Source: Eledone cirrhosa
Taxonomy: Eukaryota
NCBI GenBank assembly: GCA_964016885.1
Contig: OZ024743.1
Span: forward strand, 268,336,001-268,400,000
Direction: 5' to 3'
DNA: 64,000 nt
Shown here in pieces: positions 1 to 15,644 of this stretch. Position 1 is the stretch's first letter; each line of letters starts with the position of its first letter. Both the position numbers and the translations under genes were made by a program. The notes beneath the pieces are model-generated. The model was not told the origin of the DNA, made no database searches, and worked only from the letters and a program-made list of their open reading frames with translations.

Positions 1-806
1 ACTTAAAACCAAAACTGAATACTAACCAATACTATTACTAATTTTTACTTATTCCTAATTAAACTATTTTTTACTGGGAACAATTTGTCACCATTTTCTT
101 TTCCGTTTACCAATATATATATATATTAATATAATCTTCTATACACAATCATACACACTCGTGTATATTTATTTATATATATATATATGTATGTATTTAT
201 GAATGCACGTATGTATAAAAGTATGCATATATGTATGTATCTAGGAATGCATATGTTTCTATGTACGCATGCATGTATGCATGTATGTGTGTATGTATGC
301 ATGCATATATGTATGTATGAAAGTATGTATGTATCCATCTATGTTAGATTTTCACCAGCTTTTATTAAGGAATGCCTAACAGGATTTAACAAGATTTGTT
401 TACCAGGAACATGTTAGAAAACGTTTTGAAAACCCAGTCTTCAGCGTCACACCAATGCTGCTAATTATAATTGGAAGTAAAAAGAAGAACAAACAATAAA
501 TAAATGAATAAATAAAAATTGCTAAATTAAAAATCTCATTAGCTTTGATATTACATTTTAATTACTAAATCTAAAAAAACAACAAATGAATCTATTGATT
601 TTGTTGTCTTTCATTCTTCTCATTTGTGAGGATAATGAGACACATTTAGGTTTGAGGAGCCCACATGGTAGCTCCACTGTGGCATGACGTGATAGAGCTG
701 GTGCTGTTGGAGCGGGTGATGGTGTTGGTCGTTTTGATGGTGTCATTGGTGATGGAGTTCGTGGTGGTGTTGGTGTTCGTGTCTACGTGGTGGTAGGAGT
801 GGTGAC

Positions 807-1260
807 GGTGTCGCTGTTGGTGGTGTTGGTGGCAGTATTGGTAGCAGTGTTTGTGGTATTGGTGGCGATGTTGATGGTGTATGTGGTGGCGGGGGTGTTG
901 TTGGTGTTGTTGGTAGTGTTGGTGTCGCTGTTGATGGTGTTCGTGGCAGTGTTGGTAGCGGTGTTTGTGGTATCGGTGGCGGTGTTGATGGTGTATGTGG
1001 TGGTGGGGGTGGTGTTGGTGTTGTTGGTAGTGTTGGTGTCGCTGTTGATGGTGTTCGTGGCAGTGTTGGTAGCGGTGTCTGTGGTATCGGTGGCGGTGTT
1101 GATGGTGTATGTGGTGGTGGGGGTGGTGTTGGTGTTGTTGGTAGTGTTGGTGTCGCTGTTGATGGTGTTCGTGGCAGTGTTGGTAGCGGTGTTTGTGGTA
1201 TTGGTGGTGGAGTTGATGGTGTTGGTGGTGGTGAGAGTATTGTTGACGATGGTGTTGTTC
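807..1260. repeat. 114-bp GT-rich minisatellite, ~4 copies, within a larger (GGT/GTT)-rich low-complexity tract (~700-2010)
   Basis: ggtgtcgctgttg recurs at 807, 921, 1035 and 1149 (period 114). Confidence 0.85.
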
Positions 1261-2120
1261 ATAGTGTTGGTGTCGATGTTCGTGGTGTTGATTGTTTTGT
1301 TGGTGTTGGTGGCAGTGTTAGTGTGTTTGTGGTGGTATAAGTGGTGCTGGTGGTGTTGGTGTTGGTGGTGATGATGATGTTAGTGGTGGAGTTGGTGTTG
1401 GTGTTTTTGATATGGCTGGTGGAGTGTAGTTGTTAATATAGGTGAAGGTGGTATTAGCGGCACTGTTTTTGGTAGGAGTAGTGTTTGCGGTATTGTTTGC
1501 GGTATTGCTGTTGTGGGTCATGGAAGGAGTGGCATTGGCGGTATTGCTGGTGGTGCTGGTAGAGATGATGGTGGAGTGAGTTGTGTTGGTAGTGTTCGTT
1601 TTGGTGGAAATGGAGTGGTGGTTTTGATGGCGACATGATGGAGATGGTGATGGTGGTGTTTATGATGTTGGTAGTGGTAATGGTAACGACCAAGATGATG
1701 GTGATATTGGTGATCAGAAATATGATGGTATTGGTAGGGAAGATGACGAATGCGAAGGTAGCAGATGGAGACGAAAGAAGTGATGAAAAGGATTGTGAGA
1801 ATGGTGATGACGACGAAAACGGTGACGCTGATAATGTGAGGAGTGGTCGGATAGATGTTGTGGACACAGTGGGGTTGGTAATGGTGATGATGGTAATGTT
1901 GATGATGGAGCAAGTGGTGAGGTGGAGGAGGAGGAGGAGGAGGAGGACGAAGGGGATGCTGGTGGTGGTAGTTATGATGGTAATAATGATGACATTGATC
2001 ATCATCATCTTCATAGTTATAAATATAACCATAATCATAAAGTATTGGCCTGAAATTGATTAATGAAAATGTAATATAAACCCATTGACATAAAATAGCG
2101 AACACAACTGCGCACGCATG

Positions 2121-2222
<102 letters not shown>

Positions 2223-2949
2223 TATGCATATATGATGGTATTGGTAGGGAAGATGACATAGGCATAAACCTATATATATATACATATATATATATATGTG
2301 CGTGTGTGTGCGTGTGTGTGTGTGTGTGCGTGTGTGCGTGTGTGTGTGTATGTAATAAAAATGAGGAGGTGTTAGATCTTCATTACATTTATTGAGTTAT
2401 GGACGTTAGAAAACGTTCCATACAGATATAAGGAAAATTATAATAAAAAGCGGGTTGAAAAATGCACCTCGTATTTATATAAAGGATCTTTATAATTTAT
2501 TCAAAAATTGATGCAAGCAAAGCGTGTTTTCTCCGTTTGGGATTATCAAAACATTTGTTATTAGGTTAAATTGTTTTTTCGTTAACTTTTTTGCATGTTG
2601 ATTCTCGACCACATTGTAGTCGAGAATATATATATTCATTTTATTAATGCGAAGTCAATTCTTTGTATTCTTTAGTCTTTTCCGTTTAGTCACAGGGTCA
2701 ACAGACAAAGTCTCTCCTTCTCTCCCTCTCCGTCTATCAAACTCTCTCTCTCTCTCTTTCGTTCTCTCACTCTCTGTGTAATAACTTACCTTAGTTATTG
2801 AACGCACTGGAGCGAGATATCTTGTCTTTAATGCGTAGAAATATACGAGACCCCTCAGCAGACAACTGATGTAGGAAAACTCTCTCCCGTCCTGCTTTCT
2901 TCTTATTTTTAAGTATACATTATCCAACAACTACATAGCCTCCTCTCAT

Positions 2950-3032
<83 letters not shown>

Positions 3033-3100
3033 CAAAGAAAGTGTGGATGTGATTCGGCCATTTCGACAACTAGATCCGAATTACCCGAGGTGGGTTATAA

Positions 3101-3161
<61 letters not shown>

Positions 3162-3166
<5 letters not shown>

Positions 3167-3325
3167 GTGAGGTTTTTTTACAAAATGAAAAATAACCGAG
3201 GTGTGCTACACGAGTGAAAGTTTAAGAGAAAAAGCTGAAATAGAAAATGCAACTGGAGTCTTATTTTTAAATAAATATATATATATTTTTTTAAATAAGA
3301 CTCCAGTTGCATTTTCGATTTTATA
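3162..3325. mobile_element. TA-flanked fold-back repeat, family E (copies at 14733-14918 and 54958-55090)
   Basis: gaaaatgcaactggagtctt ... aagactccagttgcattttc inverted pair; the same motif occurs in two other (TA)n-adjacent copies. Confidence 0.7.
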
Positions 3326-3343
3326 ATTTTCTCTCTCTCTCTC

Positions 3344-3735
<392 letters not shown>

Positions 3736-4315
3736 TGGGTGCTTATGGTTCATCTACATTAATATTTATTCATATTTGTGTATGTGCGCAAATGTATTTT
3801 TCGGCGCAAGTCTCTGTATATATGTTTGTGAAAGAGAATAGGGAAATCGATTTATTGATAAAAATCAACAAAATATCAGGTTTTAAATTTTAGAATTGAG
3901 ATTTTACATTCCGATAATCATCATATTTTTAATATTACTTCTCTATCAATTTAATATTGTTTATGATACGCCTTCAGTTCTCATCTCCCTACATTTATAA
4001 CAATCATTACTCTACGTGCACAACTATTTTCTCCTTTCTTACTATCTCTCAGTATGTATGTGTATGATTTCTTTGTTTTTACTTTCTCTTTTTGCTTTTC
4101 TCATGGTCTGGTTATATTCATTTTATTTCATTCTAATACATATCTACTTATTTCATTATTACATTTGTTTTCTGGAGATAGATCATATTAATTTGCTCGA
4201 ACTTACACACACACACGCACGCAAGCATCGTGTACATACCATCATATGCATATATACATGATGATGATATATATATAATATATATATAAATCTATAAATC
4301 CACACACGCACACAC

Positions 4316-4348
<33 letters not shown>

Positions 4349-4369
4349 CGTGTTTATAATATATATATT

Positions 4370-4426
<57 letters not shown>

Positions 4427-4436
4427 TACACACATA

Positions 4437-4498
<62 letters not shown>

Positions 4499-4999
4499 TA
4501 TATACATACATATATATATGCATATGTGTGTATGTGTGTGTATTTATGTGTGTGCGTGTGAGTATAAATTTGTATTTACATTTATATAGTCTTGCTATTG
4601 GCTACATTAGATAACTTATCTAGTAGTGTCCTGCAGAGATACATTGTATATAAGAGGATCAATATAAGCAGTCGTAGTCCTCTATAATTGGCCGCCTTTA
4701 TGTCTGGTGTTCTTTTGTGCTTTATCTGAGCCGAGGGTCCGAGTGGCAGTGAGAGAAACAAGAGCGGCACACTCTTCGAGATGGACTATTAAGTTTCAAT
4801 AATTTGAAAGTCGTCAGATAAATTTTCGTTATAGACACGTATATGAGTGTTCGGTTATAATAAGAGGTGTATCTATGTGTTATGTGTGTGTTGTGTGTAT
4901 GTGCCTGTATTAGTGATTGGGTGCTTTTGAATATCTATATGTTTATGTATGTGGAAATTAATGGAATCATATATATATATGTGTGTGTAGCTACACAAT

Positions 5000-5059
<60 letters not shown>

Positions 5060-5064
<5 letters not shown>

Positions 5065-5404
5065 TCTGAAGACGGCATATATGTGTGTTTGGTATGTATA
5101 TTTAATCTTGATAGTTTGTATAATTTTGTATAATTTTGTACATAGATCTGTTGAATATGCATGCCAATTCTAACACATATATATCCTAGAAACGATCGTT
5201 AAATAATGAACTTTTTTTGTTTAATATAAGGAACTGTTTCATTGTTTTATTCATTATTTGTTTAATATTTTATCTTGACTCTGTATTCCGTTTATCTTTC
5301 ACCGAAAGTGATTTTTCATTACATCTCTTCTTTCCATGATATCCGGAATACATTGAGTTCTTCATACGGATTGGACACTACCGTAAACTCTTGGTAGATT
5401 TATC

Positions 5405-5408
<4 letters not shown>
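5060..5408 (+). repeat. ~350-bp TA-flanked dispersed repeat; near-identical inverted copy at ~27660-28000
   Basis: Direct comparison, e.g. ctcttggtagatttatctac vs gtagataaatctaccaagag; the ORF track also shows [26 protein letters not shown] in both. Confidence 0.9.
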
Positions 5409-5466
<58 letters not shown>

Positions 5467-7293
5467 ATTTTTTTGTGTGTATGTATAGAAATGTAAGCAT
5501 TTATACATGAATGTTTAATCATCTTTGTAGCAAGAACTGGGAATTTCCCAGTAGAAGTGCTTCCCTCTTTTTCTTTACTGTTTATTGACGGATGGATTTT
5601 GATCTTGATGGAATTTAAGCACGGACATATTTTATTAAAATTTTTCCCACAGTTTATTTCACGAAATATACCACGACCACAAAGGCCTGCTCAGTCCCAT
5701 TTCCTCGCCCTTCCCCCAGCACTTAATAAATGTTTACGTGTCAACAACACAATGACAACTGACCAACCGATGCCACTATTATCGATGAGGGGAGATAGGG
5801 CAATAGACTATAAATTGACGTAAAGCTGCCGATCAAATACACTGAAGGTGAGATGAAAATATAACCACATGTTAAGGTGCAGCAACAGCAACAACTGCAA
5901 TCATATATCCATGAGTTTCAACAAATCGACCGAGTGAATATATTATTATTAATACTACAACCAAAGCAACCATTAGGCAAAGCCGTTGGAGCAACGAATA
6001 TATTGCTTTGCAGTATTCATTCCGGCTGACTGCGCTATGAGTTCAGATCCTGTCGAGGTAGGAGACATTGGCTGTGGTTAAACCTGGGAAGGGACGGGCT
6101 TCCCCATGTTTGAGATGACCTAATTTCGCGGTATGTCTACAATTCTATTAGAGATTTACAGGTGCAGTGATAGATCCAGTGAACAATATATCTACCATCA
6201 GCACCATAACTACCATCACCAATTCCACCATCAAGCCCAACATCACCAACAACAGCAACAACGATAACAACATCATCATTCCTGAATAACACTCTTATGA
6301 CCCCCCCCCCCCCCTACACACACACACCATGCCTATCATTTCCTCACACCACCCCCCATTATCCTCCACAGCACCAATAACACGTTCGCTAATATCCCCA
6401 CCACTCCTACCTCCACAACAATTATCCCCTCACAGAACTCACATCATCCTCCACAACATCATCACCACTACCACCAAAACCACCACCACCATCACCACCA
6501 ACACCACTAACAATACCACAACCAGGCTTTCTCTAAATATAGTGGATCTAATTGTTAGCAAAGAAGGATTAACAATACGAAATACTTCTTAACAAACTTA
6601 TAGTTTAATAATTGTTGTTTGCTTATTCAGTTCATAGTTCAGTTATTTCATGTAGAAACTGAAAATAACAACAATAAATCAGGCGTACATTGCTGTATAT
6701 GGTGTAATAATTGTTTACGTAAGGAATTATACGATAATGAAACTAGTTGCCTTTTTGATTATGTCTTTGATATCTTACCATACTTAAAGCTTGATGACAG
6801 CAAATCGATGGAAACTGTGTTATGTAGTAATGTAGTTTTTATAGACATATTAAGAAAAAAATATCTTTTATTACATCGATATTTACATTTGTTTCTGCGT
6901 GAAATACAAACGCACGCAATCACAGAATCCCCCTATTTCTCACATACACATATCCACACACACACTCATGCACACGCTCGCATGCACACGCTTGCATGCA
7001 CATTTACGTACGTGTGCACATACATATACATATGATATTTGTGAATTATTTTCCAGATATATTTAGTCTTAAGAGCAATTATATTGTTGGTGTAAATATT
7101 AAGTAGACACTTTCTTATTTCCATATATAACACTGTTATCTTTTACTGCATTTTCTGAGTATATTTAAATGCAGCTTTGAATTGTTTTATTTATGGATGT
7201 TTCTCGAACACACACATACACACACACACACACACACTCACTAATATATAAATATATATGTTTAATGCGTGTGCATTATATGATTGACTTTCA

Positions 7294-7484
7294 GGCGGTG
7301 GATTGGCAGTATCGGTAGAGGGTCGGACGCCATGCTTTGACGCATAGAGTTACGACCCTTGCCATTCTGAGTTCAAATCCCGCCGAGGTTTACTTTGCCT
7401 TTCATCCTTACGGGGTCGATAAAATAAAGTACCAGTAATGTACTGGGTAATTGCTGGCCTTGTGCCAAAAGTAGAAACAATTAT
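7294..7484 (+). mobile_element. Full-length tRNA-derived SINE with 18-bp target-site duplication
   Basis: A-box-like tggcagtatcgg and B-box gagttcaaatcc; core gcctttcatccttacggggtcgataaaataaagtacca; TSD attatatgattgactttc at 7275-7292 and 7480-7497. Confidence 0.9.
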
Positions 7485-7664
7485 ATGATTGACTTTCTCC
7501 TTCGCCCAGATTACAGACCCTTTGTCAATAGATATTTAAGTATTTATCAATACAACGAAGTCGCTGAAACACATGATATCCAGCTTTCAACAATACCTGA
7601 CTCACACTTCTGATTTTGGAATCATTCTTTTTGGAATCATTCTTTTTGTAGTCATCGTCGTTCG

Positions 7665-8050
7665 TTGTTTTATTATTGTTATTATTATTTCATTTATTGG
7701 CCACAACGACCGACATATAGGGGACAATACAATAGACAGGGGCAGTGTGGGTTTTACACAAAAATCGAGTAAAAAATAGGAAAAAAAATAGGATAACAAT
7801 AAACAAGAAAAATACAACAATGAAAATCCCCAATAGGGGGAATAACCACCCAGAGTTGATTCAGGTACCCCAGAAACCACCCGACACTTCGTGGGCATCC
7901 GGGAAGGGCACCCCTCTCCTCCTCAAAATCACCAGCCTACAGGCGCATGATCAGAGTAGGCCCATTCACACGGGCCATTCTCGCAACATTCACCCACCAT
8001 TCAGCAAATGTATTTGGCAGTACTTTACGTTCTCATTTCAATATCTCCGA
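7665..8050 (-). mobile_element. 3' end of an L1/Tx1-like LINE (ORF2 C-terminus, 3' UTR, tail)
   Basis: Minus strand ...WVNVARMARVNGPTLIMRL*, then a T-rich UTR, aataaa and (taa)n; a related 3' end lies at ~21385-21465 (+). Clade assignment is from recall. Confidence 0.5.
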
Positions 8051-8053
8051 AGT

Positions 8054-8345
8054 TAGCTTTGCCTTTCATCCTTACGGGTTCAATAAAATAAAGCAACAGT
8101 GATTCATGGCAGTCAATTTAATCGACTTTCCCTTCCCCCTAAATTGATGGCCGTGTGCCTATAGTAGAAATCATTATTATTATTGTTATTGCGTTCTGAG
8201 TTCAAATGCCGCGCTGGTTTTCTTTACCTTTCATCCTTACGGAGTCGATAAAATAAAGCATAAATAATGCACCGGGATCGATTTAATCGACTTTCCCCTC
8301 TCCCCTAATTGCTGGCCTTGTGCCCATAGTAGAAATCATTATTAT
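8054..8345 (+). mobile_element. Two 5'-truncated SINE copies in tandem
   Basis: Core cctttcatccttacgg...ataaaataaag and tail gtagaaatcattattatt twice (8054-8180, 8191-8345). Confidence 0.8.
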
Positions 8346-9120
8346 TCCCGGGATATCCCCAATCAAGTTAATCTGTAAACAATTACATTCAAACCATTCA
8401 GATACATATTCTAATGTCCTTCAGTTTCAGGCTAGTAATATGCAATTTGAGTGAGGATAAACTGCTATTTTACTAAGATATTATTATTGCTTGATGCTGG
8501 AAACGAAAATAATGTTGGTATTTTTTGTTTCCATAATCTTTTTGGCTTTGGTTTAAATTCTAAATACAAGCGATAAATACTATATTTAGGCTTCATTCAC
8601 ACTAACATATCTAAAGAAATGTTATATTTTATTCGTCTATACGACTTCTTTGAATTAAAAGAGTTGCTTGGCAAATTTTAAAGTTTGAAATACCCTATCT
8701 ATTGAGAAACCGATAATAACCAAATAGTAAAATAATTACCTGGAAATAATTGCATCTTTTTAAAATGGCAAAAAATAGCAAATTTATCGTATTATTGGAA
8801 ATAATTTAAAATTGTTAAAATTTTATGGAGAGAAAGGTAAAAAATTATATCATGAAAGATATTAATATGAAAAGAAAACACTCTATAATAATTTGACTAT
8901 TATATGTATAATTAACTGGAATGAATAAATATGATTTGTAAAGAAATACTTGAATATTTGCAATCTGAATTAGTTACCAGTTCAATAGCTAAATAGTTGT
9001 AAAATAATTTGTATTTTATACACTGGCATAATGGCAAATATATTTATACACACATACACACACAAACACACACATATATATTTCTATACATATATATATA
9101 TGTGTGTGTGTACAGATATC

Positions 9121-9157
<37 letters not shown>

Positions 9158-9321
9158 GTGCGTGTGTGTGTGTGTTTACCACCATTTTCCTACTTAATCT
9201 TACTGTAATATTGTCACAGCTTCGCCACATATATACACTCGCTTGAACCTTGTATTATATACCCAACACAAACATAATACGAAACAAGACACACATGCAT
9301 ACATGCATATATAGAAATGTG

Positions 9322-9433
<112 letters not shown>

Positions 9434-9474
9434 TACATACATATACATTATATATATATATGTATATATATAAT

Positions 9475-9506
<32 letters not shown>

Positions 9507-9559
9507 CATAAAAACGCATGCAAATATACATACATGCACGTACGTACATACTTTCTCTC

Positions 9560-9590
<31 letters not shown>

Positions 9591-10144
9591 CATACATACA
9601 TACATACATGCTCACATCCATATATACAAACATGCATTCATGCAAACAGACGTCCATACCTATATATACAAAATCAGTGTTACACTCCCAAACATACAAA
9701 TATACATGCACGTATTGATACTCACACACAGACTTGTATTTTATCAATACGCATAGGATGACATTTTTGGTGTGTTTTAAAATAATCTAGGAATACGAAA
9801 GTGAATGTATAATATGGATTCATCCTGTCATTGCTATACTTATCTTTAGATAATTATTTACGCAGCAGGAAGAATGGAAAAAATGAAACTGAGAATTGAA
9901 TAAAATGATAGGATATAAAATAAAATAGAATAAACGGATGAAGTATATAGCGGCAAAAAAGGGGAAAATAACTCCACAAAGTGTACAAATGTTAAGAACA
10001 AACGTGCAGCAACATCTTCAAAAATATAATGGCAGATAATAGAAATATTAACAACCACAACAACAAGACTAACACCAATAAAAACAAAACAGCATAAACA
10101 ACAACAGCAGCAGCAACTACAAAAACAGCAACAACAACAATAAC

Positions 10145-10361
10145 ATGTTTCTACTTTTGGTATAAGGCCAGCAATTTGAAGGGAAGGTGAAATACGATTA
10201 AACAGGCCACAATGATTTACTGGTAGTTTATTTTGTTGAACCTGAAAGAATGAGAGGCAAAGCAAAGCTCGGCGGGATTTGAAATCAGAATGTAATGAAA
10301 CGTAACAATATTTCACAAAGCATATTGCCCGATGCTCATCCGATGCTGCTAATCCACCGCC
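10145..10361 (-). mobile_element. Diverged SINE copy
   Basis: gtttctacttttgg...ggccagcaat...ggatttgaa...tgctaatccaccgcc is the reverse complement of the 7294 SINE landmarks. Confidence 0.65.
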
Positions 10362-10404
10362 AAAGTAATAGAAAAATAACAATAATAGTAATAATTGTAT
10401 CTAC

Positions 10405-11600
10405 TTTAGACACAAGACCAGAACAATAAAGTTATCCAAATTGGCATGGCGTGAGCGGGGGCATGGAACCACGGTCAGGCGGTAGTAGATGACAGACGCC
10501 CCTTCCATCCGACCTTTCAGAGACAGCTTCCTCTCAGTCCATTTCGGGGTGAGCGTTGTTATTTTGATCGTAACCCCGTTCCAATTCTTTTCCACCTGGA
10601 TGTTTGACCCGAACCAAATCCCGAGCACCTTACCGAAAACGCTTGCCAAGCTGCAAGTCAACCGACTTTTCCGTGTTTAGTTTTGCTCCCGTTAAACTTT
10701 TATATTCCTCCACGAAGGTGCCGACCACCTCGATTTCCGACGTGTTCAACACCATCACGGTGATGTCATCCGCATATGCTGATGCTGCCTTTCCACACCT
10801 CAGTTCGAGTGGGATGTGGAAAGGCAGCTCCGACAACAGCTCCGACGTCCGCAGTAATGGCTCGAGAGACAATGCGTACCGAAAGGATGAGAGAGAGAGA
10901 TTTAAAACGGTTCCGAAAGATGGCCTTTAATGTTGACCATAGAGTAGATGGGGCTGTGCATTGCAACAATCCAGCCTCTGAAGACGGGATCGAAGCCTTG
11001 AAGACAGCCTCCAGGTATCGATGAACGAACCTATCGAAAGCTTTCGATTGATATAAAATTATCAGAGCCTCACTGAAGTCAGATTTACAACCCCACCTTC
11101 TCTATGATGTATCATATGAGATGAAGGTTGTCGTGTATGAACCTGGTCGGGATTGTGAAAGTTTGTGTCTCCCCTACCAAATCCTCGACGACACTTTCGT
11201 TCTGTTGTCAATTGCAGTAGAGCGCTCTGAGGAGATCAGATAACAAATCTGGTATAACTACGTAAAGAGCGTACAGCGAGACCATCCAGACCGGGAGACT
11301 TGCACTTCATGCAGCCGCCTAGGACCTCTCGAAATTCGGGTGATTTTATCGGGATTTCGCACCGCTCAGCATCAGCCGTCGAGAGACGCGGTAGGCCATC
11401 GAGGCAGGGACTAGAATTCGCTACCTTCTCTGGCCACACGCTTCCTCCGAAAGGCCACATATATTTGCCTCATATATTTGCCTGGAATCTTTCAGCTCGA
11501 GATCGTACTGTACGTGAAAGACTGAATTATGGATTTGTAACCACGCTGTGCCTCCATCATGCGGGCCCATCGAACAGCTTTGCTTCCCTCAAATAGTACG
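10405..11600 (-). pseudogene. Decayed L1/Tx1-clade LINE reverse transcriptase fragment
   Basis: Broken frames contain KSPGLDGL, (D)QSKAFDR..HRYL, SAYADDITV, TGAKLNTEKS, KVLGIWFG and W..RKLSLKGR; these are non-LTR RT motifs in the correct order. Confidence 0.9.
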
Positions 11601-11623
11601 GGTAAGACCAAGAGTACTATTTT

Positions 11624-11624
<1 letters not shown>

Positions 11625-11679
<55 letters not shown>

Positions 11680-12785
11680 ATAGTAGTAGTAGTAAATATC
11701 GGGAGAGCAGGGAAAAAAAACTACACAAAAACAATATTGATTAGCAGCATTGACAACAGCAGCAGCAAACGTAACATCCATAGGAATAGCATCAGCAACA
11801 AGAACACTAACAATAAATAGCAACTGATATTATTAGCTAGCAACATCAGTAACATCAACAGCAGCAAAATTAACAACAACACCAGCAACCACAACCAAAT
11901 TAGAACAACAACAGATACATTAACTACCGACATCAGCCACGACAAAAGCAGCAATAGGTACAACAGCAACAACAGCAATATTAAGAGCAGCAACCTCAGC
12001 AGCCGCAACAGCAGCAACAGACCCATCATCCATGTTTATACAACAGCAGCAACGTTAGAAAACTTTGTCGGGAGCAGCACCCAAAGCAACAGGATAGGCA
12101 ACACTAACATTAACTACTATCATCCCCAGCAGCATTCGCAACAGAGACAGCAGCAACAACAATAACAAAAAATAATAGCATTAGTAACTATGATCCGCAG
12201 CTGCAGCAACAGCTAAATTACCAACAGCAACATCAATAACAGCAGTATCAATCGGAGTACCACCACCACCACCACCACCACCACCAGCAGCATCACTACA
12301 TCTACCACCATCACAACTATCATTATTAGCAACAGCAGCAAAATTACCACCAGCAACATCAGTACCACCACCACCATCATCGACACCACCACCTCCAGCA
12401 CCACCACCTACACCACCACCACCACCACCACCATCATCATCATCAACACCACCACCAACAACATCACCATCAACACCACCACCACCACCACCATCACCAT
12501 CAACACCACCACCACGACGACGACGACCACCACCACCACTACCACCATCATCACCACCATCACCTTCATCACCACCACCACCACCACAAAAACCACCACC
12601 ACATCTACCACTACCACATCTATCATCATTAGCAGCAGCAGCTCCAGCAGCAGCCACAAAATTAACATCACCAACATCAATAACAGCATTATAAATCGGA
12701 CCACCACCACCACCAACAACAACAACACCACCGTCACCACCAACACAACTATCATCATTAGCAACAGCAGCAGCCACAAAATTGG
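11625..12785. repeat. (AGT)n, (CAA/CAG)n and (CAC)n low-complexity tract
   Basis: Trinucleotide runs; a short unit (aaattaccaacagcaacatcaataacagc) is imperfectly duplicated. Confidence 0.85.
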
Positions 12786-13134
12786 CATTTTCTGATTGCA
12801 AGTTCAAAGATGGCGTATTTTGATGGCAATCTCGTGTAAGAGAAAGTTTAGATAAAATATCTCCAGAGTATATAGCATTGTATAACAGCACGCTTTGGAA
12901 TGATCATTCGACTAGAATTTCACCGATTGTTTATATTTCGGGGGGATGAATGGCAATTCCAAAGAGAGGATCCGATCAATAAATCCCACTTCAACATTGC
13001 TGGAATGATGCGTTATCGAAGGACTGGGAAATATCATTTTATCTAATAATATGTTTAAAAATATTTTTTTTATCTATCTATATGTACAGACAATATTTCA
13101 TATATTTATGTATATATATTATATATATATATAT

Positions 13135-13195
<61 letters not shown>

Positions 13196-13234
13196 GTGTG
13201 TGTGTGTGTGCGTGTGTGTGTGTGTGTGTGTTTG

Positions 13235-13280
<46 letters not shown>

Positions 13281-13544
13281 TGTGTGCGTGTGTGTGCGTG
13301 TGTGTACGTATTGACGTATGTATGTATGTATGTATGTATGTATGTATGTATGTATGTATGTATGTATGTATGTATGTATGTATGCATGTATGCATGTATG
13401 TATGTATATATATGTGCAAGCATATATGTATGTATGTATATATATGTGCAAGCATATATGTATGAATGTATATATATATATAAATGTACATATTGACGTA
13501 TGTATGTATGTGTGCATGTATGTATGTATATATGTGTGCAAGTA

Positions 13545-13585
<41 letters not shown>

Positions 13586-15442
13586 ATATATATATGTGTG
13601 TGTGTGTGTGTGCGTGTGCGTGTGTGTGTGTGTTTGTGTGTGCGTGTGCATGTGTGTGTTGTATATATATATATGTTTGTGTGTGTTTATATATATGTTT
13701 GTGTATATATATATATGTTTGTATATATATATATGTGTGTTCATGAGTGCGTGTATATTTCATTAGTACTGTCTTAGCATGTGTGAAATCGTGTAATGAC
13801 AAAGAAAGTGTGTAATATGTAAGTTATAATGTGTAAACCTCTAATCGTTGGATTCTAATCGCGTTCGAGAATATTTATTACATATGTGTGTACATAAAAG
13901 TGTGTGTGTATGTGAGCGCATATGTGTTTGTGTATGTGGGTGTTTGTGTGCGTGTTTACGTGTTTATATGTGTGCTAGTATATGTTTGAGTGAAGTTCCG
14001 GTTATAAGTCCATGTGTATCAGTGTAACTCTGTGAGTTTTAATGTGTGTGTGTGTGAGTTCGTATGTGTTTGTGTATGTGGGTGTTTGTGTGTGTGTTTA
14101 TATGTGTGCTAGTGTATGTTTGAGTGAAGTTCCGGTTAGCAGTCCATGTGTGTCAGAGTGTAACTGTGTGTGTGTATGTGTGTGTTTGTGTATGTGTGTG
14201 TGATTTTAGTCTGTGTGCGTCATCAATCATATTAGTGTTTCCCTCAGATTGATTATCTCTCTGCCCATGACGTAATATCGATCATGTTTGTTTGAGCACA
14301 AGGCAATGTCTTTCCTTGTGCAGAGAACAAGCCTAGAGTTATTAGTCAGAACCAATATACTAAAGGTTCTTCTGTAAAGGCATCACTAATGAGGTGGTCA
14401 CAATCAGGAATGTAGTTAAGTTATAATAGAAAATATTATAACTATATTTTATATATATGTTATCTCACATTCTAACAACTATGCGTCCTCTGTGTGTGCA
14501 TATACGTGTGCACGAGTGTGTGTGTGTATATGCATGTGTATGAGTGTATATATATGCCTGTTTCGATGCATTACGTAGTAGCCAATGGAATTAGGATTAT
14601 TACTTTATCAATTCATTCATACTGCCAAGTATTAATTTCACACACACATACACACATAGATACATATATATATGTGTGTATGTATGTGTATGTGTGTGTA
14701 TGTGTGTGGGTGGGTGGGGGGTGTATAAGGCAATGAAATCGAAAATGCAACTGGAGTCTTTTTAAGAATATGTATTTGTTTCCTTTACCGGTTTCACAGT
14801 TCGTATGCTTTTCAAAGACTTAAAAAGACTTAAAAAGACTCCAGTTGCATCGATTTCTTTTTCTTATAATTTTACTCGTGTAGGGCATCTGGTTTGTTTT
14901 AAAATCCTCATTTTCTCATATATATATGATGGCTGTAACTCTATTTCGAGTATTATGCCATCACTTGATACTTAAGCATGTGCGTCATTAGTCCTGCTAA
15001 GAACTTGTCTGTGGCCAGCAATACTATCATCGCATAAGTGATGCCATTGCTTCAAGCTTTTTTAAGTAAGGAAAGTTTTACACGAGGCCAGTCCCTCTCT
15101 CTGAATATCGAATGTGTTTGCCCCAAAATAAGAACTGGTCCACATAATTGGATACAAACAATGTCGCAGGTTTTATATCAGTGTGAGCTTCTCCTAGAGA
15201 GATGTCTTAATGAAGACTAGAGATCACTCGCTCCATAAGAATAAATAATTTTGATGGTCGTCGAATCTCGTGAGTTGCTCTGCCCTTTGAAGGGTTTTAT
15301 TTTTCATCCTACAGGTTGTCCAAAATTACCCCCCTCGCCTAGCAAGCTTGGTGGGGTTATCGGTTTAGTCACCGATTACTCGACCGTCCCCAGGTTGTAT
15401 CCGGATATATATGTTACCAGTAGCGTTAAAGAGCCTCCTGTC

Positions 15443-15491
<49 letters not shown>

Positions 15492-15564
15492 GACCGGAGC
15501 AAACAATTATCAAAAAATTCTTTAAATAAATTAAAAAACGATTTAAATATTCACCTGTTCTATT

Positions 15565-15644
15565 GCTGTTACCGACGGTTTCACTAATCAAAAGATTGGA
15601 AATCCAGAGAATTTCCAATGAAAAGAATTAGATCTTCAGACAGC
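15565..15644 (-). ncRNA. Type I hammerhead ribozyme (family A, inverted arm)
   Basis: Minus strand: gctgt CTGAAGA t-ctaat...attag-t GAAA ccgtcgg TA acagc. Confidence 0.75.

Noticed and set aside
6619-7035. Possible host exon (Cys-containing ORF)
   Set aside because: No recognisable domain; it runs into a microsatellite and cannot be supported without RNA-seq or homology.
12181-12891. 236-aa Gly/Asp-rich ORF
   Set aside because: Derived from (GGT)n repeats; no supporting motif.
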